From: an uncultured Actinomycetes bacterium
GTDB taxonomy: Bacteria; Actinomycetota; Thermoleophilia; Gaiellales; Gaiellaceae
Reading direction: 5' to 3'
DNA: 24,000 bases
NCBI GenBank assembly: GCA_963724805.1
Contig: CAVRWA010000012.1
Location: 94,869 to 118,868 of the forward strand
The position numbers and the translations under genes were made by a program. Position 1 is the stretch's first letter, and each line of letters begins with the position of its first letter. The notes under the pieces were generated by a model, which made no database searches, was not told the DNA's origin, and saw nothing but the letters and a program-made list of their open reading frames with translations. This document shows positions 1 through 9,179 of the stretch, in pieces.

Positions 1-711
1 GCGAGCGACGACGAGGGACGCAGGCTCCGCCCCGACGTGGTAGTCAGGCTCCCCGGGGGCAAGAACGTCGTCGTCGACGCAAAGGTGCCGCTCGAGGCGT
101 ACCTCGCGGCCGCTGAGGCTCACGACGACGCGACCGGGTCGGCCAAGCTGGCCGAGCATGCGCGCCAGGTGCGCGACCACGTCGCGAAGCTCGGCAGCAA
201 GCGCTACTGGCAGCAGTTCGAGCCGTCGCCCGACTTCGTCGTGATGTTCTTGCCGGCGGAGGCGCTGTTCCGGGCCGCGCTCGAGCAGGATCCGGCGTTG
301 CTCGAGGCGAGCGCCAAGGCGAATGTGATCATCGCCTCGCCGATGACGCTGATCGCGATGCTGCGCACGATCGCGGCGGCGTGGAAGCAGGAGAAGGTGG
401 CCGAGAGCGCGCGCGAGGTGCATCTGCTCGGCCGCGAGCTCTACGAGCGTGTCGGCACCTTCGGCAAGCACTTCGCAAAGCTCGGCCGAGGGCTCGACGG
501 TGCCGTCGGTGCCTACAACGAGGCCGTCAGCTCGCTCGAGACGCGGCTTCTCGTGACCGCGCGCAAACTCGAGGGGCACGAGATCGGCGACGGCCTGCCC
601 GCGGTCGAGCCGATCGAGCGCCAGGCGCGACAGCTGCAGGCGCTCGAGCTGAGCGACGACAGCGGCGAGCCGCTCGTCGGCCTGCCCGTCGCCCCCGCCG
701 ACGCCGCGTAG
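1..711 (+). CDS. rmuC: DNA recombination protein RmuC, C-terminal part (5' end lies outside the window)
   Basis: Frame 1 is open from base 1 (ASDDEGRRLRPDVVVRLPGGK...), so the listed 37..711 ORF is only the part after the first start-like codon. It matches the RmuC core as I remember it from E. coli: VVRLPGGKNVVVDAKVPL.AY, DFVVMFLPAEALF, IIASPMTLIAMLRTIA. Confidence 0.85.
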   Translation, partial: ASDDEGRRLRPDVVVRLPGGKNVVVDAKVPLEAYLAAAEAHDDATGSAKLAEHARQVRDHVAKLGSKRYWQQFEPSPDFVVMFLPAEALFRAALEQDPALLEASAKANVIIASPMTLIAMLRTIAAAWKQEKVAESAREVHLLGRELYERVGTFGKHFAKLGRGLDGAVGAYNEAVSSLETRLLVTARKLEGHEIGDGLPAVEPIERQARQLQALELSDDSGEPLVGLPVAPADAA

Positions 712-722
712 CTCGGACGGAC

Positions 723-752
723 ACGGAAGGTTCGCGCCCCTCGTTCCGTTTT
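723..752 (+). terminator. Possible intrinsic terminator after rmuC
   Basis: ACGGAAGG (723-730) can pair with CC..TTCCGT (ending at 749, with a 3-nt bulge). It is followed directly by TTTTAAT, the only T-run in this intergenic gap. Confidence 0.4.
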
Positions 753-790
753 AATAGGTATTGATCGAAAACCTGAAGGATCGAGGAGAG

Positions 791-1735
791 ATGAACGACG
801 AAGTACGTGAGCTGATCGTGATCGGCGGCGGGCCGGCCGGTTACACGGCCGCGCTGTACGCCGCCCGCGCCAACCTGAGGCCGCTCGTGATCGAGGGCTT
901 CCAGTGGGGCGGGCAGCTCATGATCACCTCGGACGTCGAGAACTACCCCGGCTACGCCGACGGCGTGCTCGGCCCGGAGATGATGGCCGACTTCCGCCGC
1001 CAGGCGGAGCGCTTCGGCGCCGACTTCGTCACCGACGACGTCACGCGGGTCGACTTCTCGGAGCGCCCGTTCCGCGTCTGGGTCGGCGACGAGGAGTACC
1101 GCGCCGAGACCGTGATCGTCGCCACGGGCGCGACCGCGCGCCAGATCGGGCTCGAGTCGGAGCAGCGTCTGCAGGGCCGCGGCGTCTCCTACTGCGCCGT
1201 CTGCGACGCGGCCTTCTTCCGCGAGAAGGAGATCGTCGTCGTCGGCGGCGGAGACTCCGCGATGGAGGAGGCCTCGTTCCTGGCCAAGTTCGGCTCGAAG
1301 GTGACCGTGGTGCACCGGCGCGACGAGTTCCGCGCCTCGCCGATCATGCTCGATCGCGCACAGGCGAACGAGAAGATCTCCTTCGTCACGAACGCCGTCG
1401 TCGAAGAGGTGCTCGGCGACACGAGCGTGACCGGCGTCCGCCTCCGAGACACCCGGACCGGCGAGACGACCGAGTTGGCGAGCGACGGCATCTTCGTCGC
1501 GATCGGCCACGACCCGACCACGGCGCTCTTCCTCGACCAGCTCGACCACGACGACCAGGGCTACCTCGTCACGAGGCCGGGGTCGACCGAAACGAACATC
1601 CCGGGGGTGTTCGCCGTCGGCGACGTGCAGGACCACACGTACCGCCAGGCCGTGACGGCCGCAGGCTCGGGTTGTATGGGCGCGCTCGACGCGGAGCGCT
1701 ACCTCAGCGCGAAGCAGCACGCCGCGGCTCGCTAG
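791..1735 (+). CDS. trxB: Thioredoxin-disulfide reductase
   Basis: FAD-binding site VIGGGPAGYTAALYAAR, redox-active CAVC, NADPH-binding site VVGGGDSAMEEA, and C-terminal GVFAVGDV. I prefer the ATG at 791, which follows GAGGAGAG (783-790), over the TTG at 761. Confidence 0.95.
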   Translation: MNDEVRELIVIGGGPAGYTAALYAARANLRPLVIEGFQWGGQLMITSDVENYPGYADGVLGPEMMADFRRQAERFGADFVTDDVTRVDFSERPFRVWVGDEEYRAETVIVATGATARQIGLESEQRLQGRGVSYCAVCDAAFFREKEIVVVGGGDSAMEEASFLAKFGSKVTVVHRRDEFRASPIMLDRAQANEKISFVTNAVVEEVLGDTSVTGVRLRDTRTGETTELASDGIFVAIGHDPTTALFLDQLDHDDQGYLVTRPGSTETNIPGVFAVGDVQDHTYRQAVTAAGSGCMGALDAERYLSAKQHAAAR

Positions 1736-1778
1736 TACCTGCAACTCTCACGCCGGATCGGCGTCTACCATCACTGGC

Positions 1779-2234
1779 GTGCCGTTCTTCATCTGCCCGA
1801 ACTGCAAGAACCGCTCCGTCGACCACGACGGCTACCAGGGGATGACCCGGGAGGCGGTTGCGTGCGACCGCTGCGGGTTCGGGTTCCTGTTCGAGCTGAT
1901 GGACGACTACTACCCGGCGCCGAACGCAGGGTTCGTCGTCTGCGACAACCAGGGGCGCGTGATCGCCTGCGGCCGCGGCCTCTTCGAGCTGAGCGGCTTC
2001 CCCGAGGAGGAGCTGATCGGCCGCGACGTCGTCGAGGCCTTCGAGCTCGGCGGCTTCGACGCCGATCGCAACCCGGTCGCGCTCGCGCTCGAGTGGGGCG
2101 TGCGGCGGCTCGACGAGAAGCTCGAACTGACGACCCGCGGCGGCCAGCGGAAGCACGTCACCGTGGACGTCTTCCCGGCGTACGACGACGACGGCGGGCT
2201 GCTCGTCGCACTGACGCCGGCAACCGCTTCCTAG
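1779..2234 (+). CDS. Small zinc-ribbon (CPNC...CDRC) plus PAS-domain protein with no output domain
   Basis: The N-terminus is ICPNCKNRSVDHDGYQGMTREAVACDRCGF, i.e. two CxxC pairs 21 residues apart. A PAS-like core follows (FVVCDNQGRVIACGRGLFELSGFPEEELIGRDVVEAF ... VTVDVFPAYDDDGGLLVAL). The frame has high GC3. GTG start, 43 nt after the trxB stop. Confidence 0.75.
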   Translation: MPFFICPNCKNRSVDHDGYQGMTREAVACDRCGFGFLFELMDDYYPAPNAGFVVCDNQGRVIACGRGLFELSGFPEEELIGRDVVEAFELGGFDADRNPVALALEWGVRRLDEKLELTTRGGQRKHVTVDVFPAYDDDGGLLVALTPATAS

Positions 2235-2899
2235 ACCCTGAACGACGGGCAGAGGTCTGCGAGCACGCAGTCCTGGCAGCGGGGTCGGCGCGCCTGGCAC
2301 ACGCGCCGGCCGTGCCAGATCAGCAGGTGGGGGAACCGGTGCCAGTCGGCGCGCGGGACGAGCCGAACGAGGTCGCGCTCGATCTTGACCGGGTCGTCCT
2401 CCTTCGTCAGCCCGAGGCGCTGCGAGAGCCGCCGTACGTGCGTGTCGACGACGATCCCCTGCGCCTCGCCGAGCTCTGCGGCGACGACGTTCGCGGTCTT
2501 GCGCGCGACTCCGGGCAGGCGCAGCAGGTCACCCATGCGCCTCGGCACCGCACCGTCGTAGTCGTCGAGGAGGACCCGCATCGTGCCGCGGATCGCCTTC
2601 GCCTTCTGGCGGAAGAAGCCGGTCTGGTAGATGTCGCGCTCGAGCTCCTCCTGGGGCACGGCGAGGTAGTCCTCGGGGCGTCGGTACTTGCGAAACAGGG
2701 TCTCGGTGACCCGGTTGACGTTCACGTCGGTCGTCTGGGCGGAGAGCATCACGGAGACGAGCAGCTCCAGGTCGGTGCGGAAGCGGAGCGCGATCTCGGC
2801 GTCGGCGTGCTCGGCGGCGAGGCGCTCGATGATCGGGCGGATCCGGTCGCGCCTGCGGCCGACGCGAAGGCGCGCCTCGGCAACGAAGGAGCGCGCCAT
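2231..2899 (-). CDS. nth: Endonuclease III (DNA glycosylase / AP lyase)
   Basis: LVSVMLSAQTTD; helix-hairpin-helix LLRLPGVARKTANVV with the catalytic Lys; VDTHVRRL with the catalytic Asp; C-terminal CQARRPRCQDCVLADLC, which is the C-X6-C-X2-C-X5-C [4Fe-4S] motif. The ATG at 2899-2897 shares one base with the addA TGA (TGATG). The longer 398-aa ORF is a spurious N-terminal extension. Confidence 0.93.
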   Translation of the reverse strand: MARSFVAEARLRVGRRRDRIRPIIERLAAEHADAEIALRFRTDLELLVSVMLSAQTTDVNVNRVTETLFRKYRRPEDYLAVPQEELERDIYQTGFFRQKAKAIRGTMRVLLDDYDGAVPRRMGDLLRLPGVARKTANVVAAELGEAQGIVVDTHVRRLSQRLGLTKEDDPVKIERDLVRLVPRADWHRFPHLLIWHGRRVCQARRPRCQDCVLADLCPSFRV

Positions 2900-5800
2900 C
2901 AGTCGTCGAGGAGCCGGGGGCCGGCGCAGACGACGTCGAGCGCCGGGCAGCCGGCGCACGCGAACTCGCTCGGGGTCGGGCGGAAGTCGCCGGCCTGGAT
3001 CGCCGCGATCGCCTCCGACAGGCCCGCCTCGAGCCGGGGCAGGTCGGCGAGCGTGAACGTGGTCGAGACGACGGCGTCCGGGCGCTCGAGGAACGCATAG
3101 ACGACCTCGACCTCCTCCGCGCCTGCGCGGAAGCAGACGAGCGCGTAGACGAGCCGCTGCAGCCTGTAGTCGCTCTCGATCAGCTCCTCGGGCGCGGCGT
3201 CGCCGAGCACGTTCGTCTTGTAGTCGAGCACGAGCGCCCGCGGCCCGTCGTGGTGCAGCACGTCGAGGCGCCCGCGCAAGAGCACGCCGTCGTGCTCGAA
3301 CGCGAACGGGCGCTCCGGAGCGGCTCCTTCGAGCGCCGCGATGCGCGCGGCCAGCGGCGATGAGCAATACGCCTCGACGAAGCCCGCGATGCGCGCGAGC
3401 TCCTCGTCGGTCACGCCGGGATACCACGTGCGCACCTGCTCGAAGTCAGGGGGCGCCGGGGCGCGAAGGTCGACGAGCTCGAGCAGCCGGTGGACGGCGT
3501 CGCCGACCTCGGTCGCCGCGAGCCCCGACTCTCCGGGGAGCGCCAGCCGGGCGTCGGCAGGCTGCATGCCCGCGACGCGCTCGGCGTAGTAGCGGAACGA
3601 GCAGCGCTCGAAGAGCGCGAGGGCGCTGTACGAGAGGCGGCGCACCCGGTGGAGCGGCGGCGCCGGGATCGCCGGCAGCGCCGGCAGAGGCAGCGGCGTC
3701 TCGACCGGACCTTCCGGCAGCGCAGTGAAGAGGGCCAGCTGCCCCTCCTCCGGCACGTCCGGCTCGCTTGTGCTCATGAGCATTTGGGATCCGGTTTCGG
3801 GCCTGTAGCGGTCGAGCCGAACCAGCAGCCGCGCGTCGTCGCGCTCGAGCTCGACCGGCGCTTTCCCCGCTCCGGCGAGCTCCTCCGAGGCGTCGATCCG
3901 GCCCAGCACCCAGCCGATCGGCGTCGCCTCGCCGGGCTGCTCGAGGTCGGCCGCCCCGGAGACGATCAGCCGGTCGATCGCGCGTGTCATCGCCACGTAG
4001 TAGAGACGGAGGCGCTCGGCGCGCTCCTCGGCCTCGCGCGCGACGCGTACCTCCTCGTAGTCGAAGACCGAGCGGCGACCGCTCGAGACCGGGTCGACCA
4101 TGCGGAAGCCGAACCGGCCGTCGGAGAGCGCGATGATCTCGTCCGCCGCCGGAGCCGCACGCTCGCGGCTCGCGTCGGCGACCACGACGACCTTGAACTC
4201 GAGCCCCTTCGCCGCGTGGATCGTGAGCAGCCGCACCGCGTCGGCGCCCTCCTCCTCGGCGACCGCCTCGAGCTCCTTCGCCCCCACCGCCTCCTGCTCG
4301 CGCACGAAGCGCACGAAGCCTTCTACGTCCGGTCCGCGCAGCTCCTCGTATGAGCGCGCGAGACGCGCCAGCTTGCGCAGGTTCGCGTAGCGTCGCCGTC
4401 CGTCCCACTGCGCCAGCACCGCGAGGTCGTAGTCGTGTTCGGACACCACCTGCTCGCAGAGCCGCTCGAGCGAGAGCCGGGTCGAAGCCGCCGAGAGCCG
4501 CTCGTAACGCTGCCGGAAGGCGCGCAGCAGCCGCTCGTCCTCGGCCCTGATCCCGGGCACCTGGCCCCGCTCGAGCCCGACGAAGAGCGGTCGCCGGCCG
4601 GTGTGGCGACGCAGGAGCACGAGCGCGTCGTTGCTGACCCCGACGAACGGCGAGGCGAGCACGGTGACGAGCGCCTCGTCGTCGTAGCGGTTGTGCAGGA
4701 GGCGCAGGTAGGCGAGCAGGTCGACCACCTGCTGCTGGCCGAAGTAGCCACGGCCGGTGGCACGGTAGGTCGGGAGACCGGCGGCGCGAAGCTCTTCCTC
4801 GTACCACTCGGCGTCGGTGCCGGCCGCGAAGAGGAGCACGATCTCGCCGGGGGTCGCGGCGCCGGACTCGACGAGCTCCCTGACGCGGGTCGCCACGTGC
4901 CGCGCCTCTGCGCGGCGCCAGTGCACGCCGGTGCCCGCGTAGCTCGGCTTGTCGGTGACGAGCAGCTCGACCGGGCTGCCGAACACCGGGTCGGGGAACT
5001 CGCCGGATGCGGCGAGCGGCTGGAACTCGTCGCCGAAGTCGGGCCCGAAGAGGAAGTTCACCGCGGCGAGGACCTCGGGGCGCGAGCGATAGTTGCGCGT
5101 GAGCGGCAGCACCTCGCCGGCCTGGGCGCGGCGCTCGCGGAAGACGTGCACGTCGGCGTGCCGGAAGCCGTAGATCGACTGAAACTCGTCGCCCACGAAG
5201 AAGAGCTCGCGCTCGCCCGGCCCGGAGGCGATCAGGTCGATCAGCTCGCACTGGAGCCGGTTCGTGTCCTGGAACTCGTCCACGGAGATCGTCCGGAAGC
5301 GCATGCTGGCGCGCTCGCGGAGCTCGGGGTGGTCGCGCAGGAGGTCGCGGGCGGCGAGCTGGAGATCCTCGAAGTCGAGCGCCGACTCGCGCTCCTTCGC
5401 CGCCTGGTACGCCTCCGCGAACCGCGACAGCAGCTCCTGCAGCAGCTCGTGGTCGCGGGCGGCGAGCTCGTCGAGCGCGGCCCGCTCGACGGCCTTGCGG
5501 GCCTCCTCGTACGCCGCGGCCCGCTCGCCGCGCGCACGCAGCGGAGCCAGGTCGAGCAGGCGCTCGGGGAGCGCGGTCTCGGACGCGATCCGGAGCGCCT
5601 CCTCGGCGTTCGTGCGCTGCAACTCGGTCGCGGCCGTGTCGGCCACCAGGCCGCGGGCCGCCTCGTGCAGCTCGGCGAGCCGTTCCTCGAGCCGGGGCCG
5701 CCCCTCGTCGAGCGCGAGCTCGAGCGGGCGGCCGGCGGAGCGCAACGTTTCGTACACGCCCGTGAGCATCCGCCTGAGCCCGCCGGCGCCATACGTCGCG

Positions 5801-6255
5801 AGTAGCTGCAGGCGCTCGGGCTCCCCGTTCTCGCAGAACGCCGCGAGCGCCGACTGGAACGCCTCGCCGCGGATCACGCGTCCCTGGCTCTCGTCGAGGA
5901 CGCGGAAGCGCGGGTCCAGCCCCGCCGCGAACGGGTGGGCCTTCAGCAGCCGCAGGCAGAACCCGTGAATGGTCGAAATCCAGGCGCCGTCGAGCTCGCG
6001 CGCCAGGTCGTGGCGGCCGCGCTCGGCCAGCGCGGCGCGGATCCGCGAGCGGAGCTCCCCGGCGGCGCGCTCGGTGTAGGTGATCACGAGGTTCGACTCG
6101 ACGTCGAGCCCGCGCTCGCAGACAGCCCGCACGAACCGCTCGACGAGCACGCTCGTCTTCCCGGTCCCCGCTCCCGCCGAGACGAAGACGAGTCCGTCGG
6201 CGTCGACCGCGGCGAGCTGCTCCGGGTTCAGCCCCGTCAGCTGGTCCACAGTCAC
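2899..6255 (-). CDS. addA: ATP-dependent helicase/nuclease subunit A: UvrD-type SF1 helicase fused to a RecB-family nuclease
   Basis: Walker A SAGAGTGKTS, TIHGFCLRLL, VDEFQDTN, LTRNYRSRPEV, TIHAAKGLEF, YYVAMTRAIDRL. The C-terminal nuclease motif is GRLDVL...LVLDYKT, flanked by Cys in FERCSFRYY and CAGCPALDVVC. I prefer the GTG at 6255, which overlaps the addB stop as GTGA. A GTG at 6303 is the alternative start. Confidence 0.9.
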   Translation of the reverse strand: MTVDQLTGLNPEQLAAVDADGLVFVSAGAGTGKTSVLVERFVRAVCERGLDVESNLVITYTERAAGELRSRIRAALAERGRHDLARELDGAWISTIHGFCLRLLKAHPFAAGLDPRFRVLDESQGRVIRGEAFQSALAAFCENGEPERLQLLATYGAGGLRRMLTGVYETLRSAGRPLELALDEGRPRLEERLAELHEAARGLVADTAATELQRTNAEEALRIASETALPERLLDLAPLRARGERAAAYEEARKAVERAALDELAARDHELLQELLSRFAEAYQAAKERESALDFEDLQLAARDLLRDHPELRERASMRFRTISVDEFQDTNRLQCELIDLIASGPGERELFFVGDEFQSIYGFRHADVHVFRERRAQAGEVLPLTRNYRSRPEVLAAVNFLFGPDFGDEFQPLAASGEFPDPVFGSPVELLVTDKPSYAGTGVHWRRAEARHVATRVRELVESGAATPGEIVLLFAAGTDAEWYEEELRAAGLPTYRATGRGYFGQQQVVDLLAYLRLLHNRYDDEALVTVLASPFVGVSNDALVLLRRHTGRRPLFVGLERGQVPGIRAEDERLLRAFRQRYERLSAASTRLSLERLCEQVVSEHDYDLAVLAQWDGRRRYANLRKLARLARSYEELRGPDVEGFVRFVREQEAVGAKELEAVAEEEGADAVRLLTIHAAKGLEFKVVVVADASRERAAPAADEIIALSDGRFGFRMVDPVSSGRRSVFDYEEVRVAREAEERAERLRLYYVAMTRAIDRLIVSGAADLEQPGEATPIGWVLGRIDASEELAGAGKAPVELERDDARLLVRLDRYRPETGSQMLMSTSEPDVPEEGQLALFTALPEGPVETPLPLPALPAIPAPPLHRVRRLSYSALALFERCSFRYYAERVAGMQPADARLALPGESGLAATEVGDAVHRLLELVDLRAPAPPDFEQVRTWYPGVTDEELARIAGFVEAYCSSPLAARIAALEGAAPERPFAFEHDGVLLRGRLDVLHHDGPRALVLDYKTNVLGDAAPEELIESDYRLQRLVYALVCFRAGAEEVEVVYAFLERPDAVVSTTFTLADLPRLEAGLSEAIAAIQAGDFRPTPSEFACAGCPALDVVCAGPRLLDD

Positions 6256-9173
6256 GCGCGCCGCACCCTGCACATCGGCCAGAGATCGCACCAGGACGGG
6301 CACTCGCCGCCCTTCGGGTCGTGGTGGACGTCGCCCTGGCGGATCCGCTCGCCGAAGGCCCGCGCGTGGTCCCGCGCCCGCTCGGTCAGCGCCCAGAAGG
6401 CCTCGTCGTCGAGGTAGTCGTTGCGGTTGAGTCCGGCGACCGTCTCCTCACCGGCCCGCAGCACGCCGCGCGCCTTGCGCTCTCCGGCGAGCGCGCGGTA
6501 CAGGCCGCCGAGCGGCTCGATCCCGACGAGGTCGCGCAGGACGAGCATGTAGAGCGGGATCTGGAGCCGCAGCTCGGATTCGATCTGCGCGGCAGAGTGG
6601 ACGCTCTTTCCCGACTTGTAGTCCTGCACGATCCCGCTCGCCGAGTGAGGGTCGACGTCGATCCGGTCGATCTTCCCCGAGAGGCTGAGCCCGCCGCCGA
6701 GATCGAGGCCGCGCTGCAGCTCCGGCGCCGAGCGCTCGCTCCCGAACGAGACCTCGAAGCGGCGGGGCACGAGCGGCAGCTCCGAGCGGGCCTCGGCGCG
6801 CACGAACTGCTCGAGGTCACGCCAGAGCGAGCCCTCGAGCTCCCGCCGCTGCAGCTCGGTCAGCTCGAGGCGCACGCCGCCGCGGAGCGCGTCCTCGAAG
6901 CAGCCGCGCAGGAATCGCAGCGCGTCCTCGAGCACCGGCTCGCTCACCTGCTCGCAGCCGAGCTCCTTCGGCAGGCCGGAGTAGAACTTGAACAGCACCT
7001 GGTGCGCGACCTGCCCGCGGAGCATCGGGTCGACCTCGGCGTCGATCGTCTTCGGATCGACGACGCGCTCGATCAGCCACGCGGAAGAGCAGTCGGCGAA
7101 GCGCTCGAGCTCGGTGACGCCGAAGGTCGTGCGCGTGCCGAGCCAGGACAGCGCGGCCGGGCTCACGAGCCGGGTCGGCCGCTCGAACGCGCGGCGGGCA
7201 CGCTCGAGCCGACGCTCCCAGCCGTTCCCGGCTGCGAGCGCCTCGGCGGCTCCCGGGCCCACCGGCCAGAGCGCCGCGACCGCACGAAGCCGCTCGCGCT
7301 CGCTCGGCGCGGTCTCGACCGGCCAGGTCAGGGCCGACAGCGCACGGCGGCGTGTCCAGCGGGCGGTGTCGTCGGCCGGGAAGACGGCGCGCACCTCCTC
7401 CCAGAACGGGCTCGGCTCGCGTGGGCTGCCCTCGTCGGTGGCGGCCTCGCGGACGAGGTAGAGCCGCTCCAGCGCCCGCGTGCAGGCGGTGTAGAAGAGG
7501 TAGCGCTCGCGGGAGACCTGATCGGGGCGCTGCAGCCTCGCAGAGGCGAAGGTGCGACGCTGCTCCTCGTCGAGGAAAGGCGAGGTCGGCTCGCGCCTCG
7601 GGAGGCTGCCCTCCTCGAGCCCGAGCACGAAGACGGCGTCGAACCTCCGGGTGCGGGCCCGCATCAGGTCGAGCACGGCGACGCGCTCCGGTTCCGCGGG
7701 CGCTGCGAGGAGCACGGTCGCCCGCTCCAGCGCCGCGACGAGGTCGTCGCGCTCGAGCGTCCCGCCCAGCCCGACCCACTCCTCCAGCTCGCCGGCCAGC
7801 CGCGCCACCGTGTCGTAGGCGCGCAGGTCCTGCCGGGACGTCTCTCCAGCCCCGGAGGCATCGAGCCCGTACGCGGCGCGAAGCATCGAGCTCGAGAGGC
7901 TGCGCACCGCCTCGAGCGGCGTCGCGGCCGCCCTGACCAGCCCGAGGGCCGTCAAGGGCCCCTCGTTGAGGCTCTCGGTCTCCTCGAGGACGCGCTCCGG
8001 GGTGTGGATCGCGCGGCCGCGCAACCTCCCCTCGACGAAGTCGACGCGGGCGCGAGGAAGGCCGGCGTAAGGAGTGCGCAGGAAGGCGAACAGCTCGCGC
8101 CGCCCCCCGCCGAGCCACGCGAAGCGAAGCAGGGCCACGAGGGCCTGGCCGAACGGGGTCTGCGTGAGCCGGATGCGGCCCTCGAGGCCGTACGGGATCC
8201 CGAGCGAGCCGAATGCCGTGTCGAGGGGGGCCCGCAGCCGCTCCAGCGACGGGCAGACGACCCCGATCCGCTCGGGCGGCGTACCCGCGCCGAGGAGGCT
8301 GAGGATCTCCTCGCCGACGAGCTCGAGTGCGCCGCGCGGGCCGGCGCCTTCGAAGAACCTGATCGCACCTTCCAGCGGAGGAGCCTCGCCCGGCGCGACG
8401 GGGCCGAAGAGGGTGCGCTCGAGGTGCGCGAGCGCCGGTCGGGCGAACTCGCCGGACCGAGGCTGCAGCTCCTCGATTCGGCCCGCCGCGAGCGCGGCCA
8501 GGTCCTCCGCCGTCCCGGCCAGCGAGGAGAAGGCTGCGCGGCCCGGCTCGTAGGGAAGCGACACCGTGACCTCCGTCCGGCCGGCGAGTGCTTCCAGCAG
8601 TGCCCACTCCGCGCCGGTCAGGTCCTCGAACCCGTAGGCGAACACCGGCTCGCCGTGCCAGGCCCCGAGGTCACCGGCGAGCCGCTCGGCGCCACGGCGG
8701 CGCTGCAGGTCGCGGTCCCAGAGCCGGAGCGCGTCGAGCTCCTCGCGGTAGCCGGCGTAGAGGCGGGCCAGGTCGCCCTCGAGCGCGGCCGGGTCGAGCA
8801 GTCCGGACTCGAGCTCGGAGACGGCCGCGAGCAGAGCGTCGGCGAATCCTCCGAAGCGGGCCGACCGGCCCAGGCCGTTCAGCTCCACATGCGAGATCGC
8901 GCGTCTCGCGATCAGCACCCGCTGCGCGTCGGTGGCGACGGCGCGGACATCCGGGTCGTCGCGGACGAGGCGCTCGAAGAGGTCGTCGAAAGTGCCGATC
9001 GAGCCCGCGAGGAGCACCGGCGTCCGGCGCAGCAGGTCGCGCTCGACACGTTCGACGTCCGACCGGTTCGGCACGATCAATACCGGTTCGCGCCCGAGCG
9101 AGTCGAGATAGCGCTCGAGCAGGAGTTCGACCTTGCCGGCGTTCGCCGGTCCGGCGATCAGCGTCAGCGGCAT
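6252..9173 (-). CDS. addB: Helicase/nuclease subunit B: AddB-like PD-(D/E)XK nuclease with degenerate NTPase motifs
   Basis: N-terminal P-loop-like IAGPANAGKV. C-terminal nuclease motif GKIDRIDV...IVQDYKSG, flanked by Cys in FADCSSAW and CPSWCDLWPMC, the AddB/Cas4-style four-Cys arrangement. The gene lies directly upstream of addA and overlaps it. Confidence 0.85.
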   Translation of the reverse strand: MPLTLIAGPANAGKVELLLERYLDSLGREPVLIVPNRSDVERVERDLLRRTPVLLAGSIGTFDDLFERLVRDDPDVRAVATDAQRVLIARRAISHVELNGLGRSARFGGFADALLAAVSELESGLLDPAALEGDLARLYAGYREELDALRLWDRDLQRRRGAERLAGDLGAWHGEPVFAYGFEDLTGAEWALLEALAGRTEVTVSLPYEPGRAAFSSLAGTAEDLAALAAGRIEELQPRSGEFARPALAHLERTLFGPVAPGEAPPLEGAIRFFEGAGPRGALELVGEEILSLLGAGTPPERIGVVCPSLERLRAPLDTAFGSLGIPYGLEGRIRLTQTPFGQALVALLRFAWLGGGRRELFAFLRTPYAGLPRARVDFVEGRLRGRAIHTPERVLEETESLNEGPLTALGLVRAAATPLEAVRSLSSSMLRAAYGLDASGAGETSRQDLRAYDTVARLAGELEEWVGLGGTLERDDLVAALERATVLLAAPAEPERVAVLDLMRARTRRFDAVFVLGLEEGSLPRREPTSPFLDEEQRRTFASARLQRPDQVSRERYLFYTACTRALERLYLVREAATDEGSPREPSPFWEEVRAVFPADDTARWTRRRALSALTWPVETAPSERERLRAVAALWPVGPGAAEALAAGNGWERRLERARRAFERPTRLVSPAALSWLGTRTTFGVTELERFADCSSAWLIERVVDPKTIDAEVDPMLRGQVAHQVLFKFYSGLPKELGCEQVSEPVLEDALRFLRGCFEDALRGGVRLELTELQRRELEGSLWRDLEQFVRAEARSELPLVPRRFEVSFGSERSAPELQRGLDLGGGLSLSGKIDRIDVDPHSASGIVQDYKSGKSVHSAAQIESELRLQIPLYMLVLRDLVGIEPLGGLYRALAGERKARGVLRAGEETVAGLNRNDYLDDEAFWALTERARDHARAFGERIRQGDVHHDPKGGECPSWCDLWPMCRVRRA

Positions 9174-9179
9174 CTACCC

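Noticed and set aside
527-1744. A 405-aa ORF on the - strand, opposite trxB and the end of rmuC.
   Set aside because: It is antisense to trxB, which has the CAVC redox site and both dinucleotide-binding motifs. It has no motifs of its own.
2900-3427. An N-terminal extension of nth to a 398-aa ORF.
   Set aside because: The extension lies wholly inside addA in another frame and is Arg/Ala-rich. The ATG at 2899 gives a canonical ~222-aa Nth and couples to the addA stop.
3446-5805. Several 450-600-aa ORFs in other frames across addA (3446-5251 on -, 4435-5805 on +).
   Set aside because: They are off-frame or antisense shadows of addA, and their translations are Arg/Pro/Gly-rich.
2899-9173. I asked whether the helicase-nuclease pair is a phage-defence module rather than housekeeping AddAB.
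   Set aside because: The size, motif order, heterodimer gene arrangement and housekeeping neighbours (nth, trxB, rmuC) fit the canonical recombination-repair complex. No methylase, toxin or mobile-element context is present.
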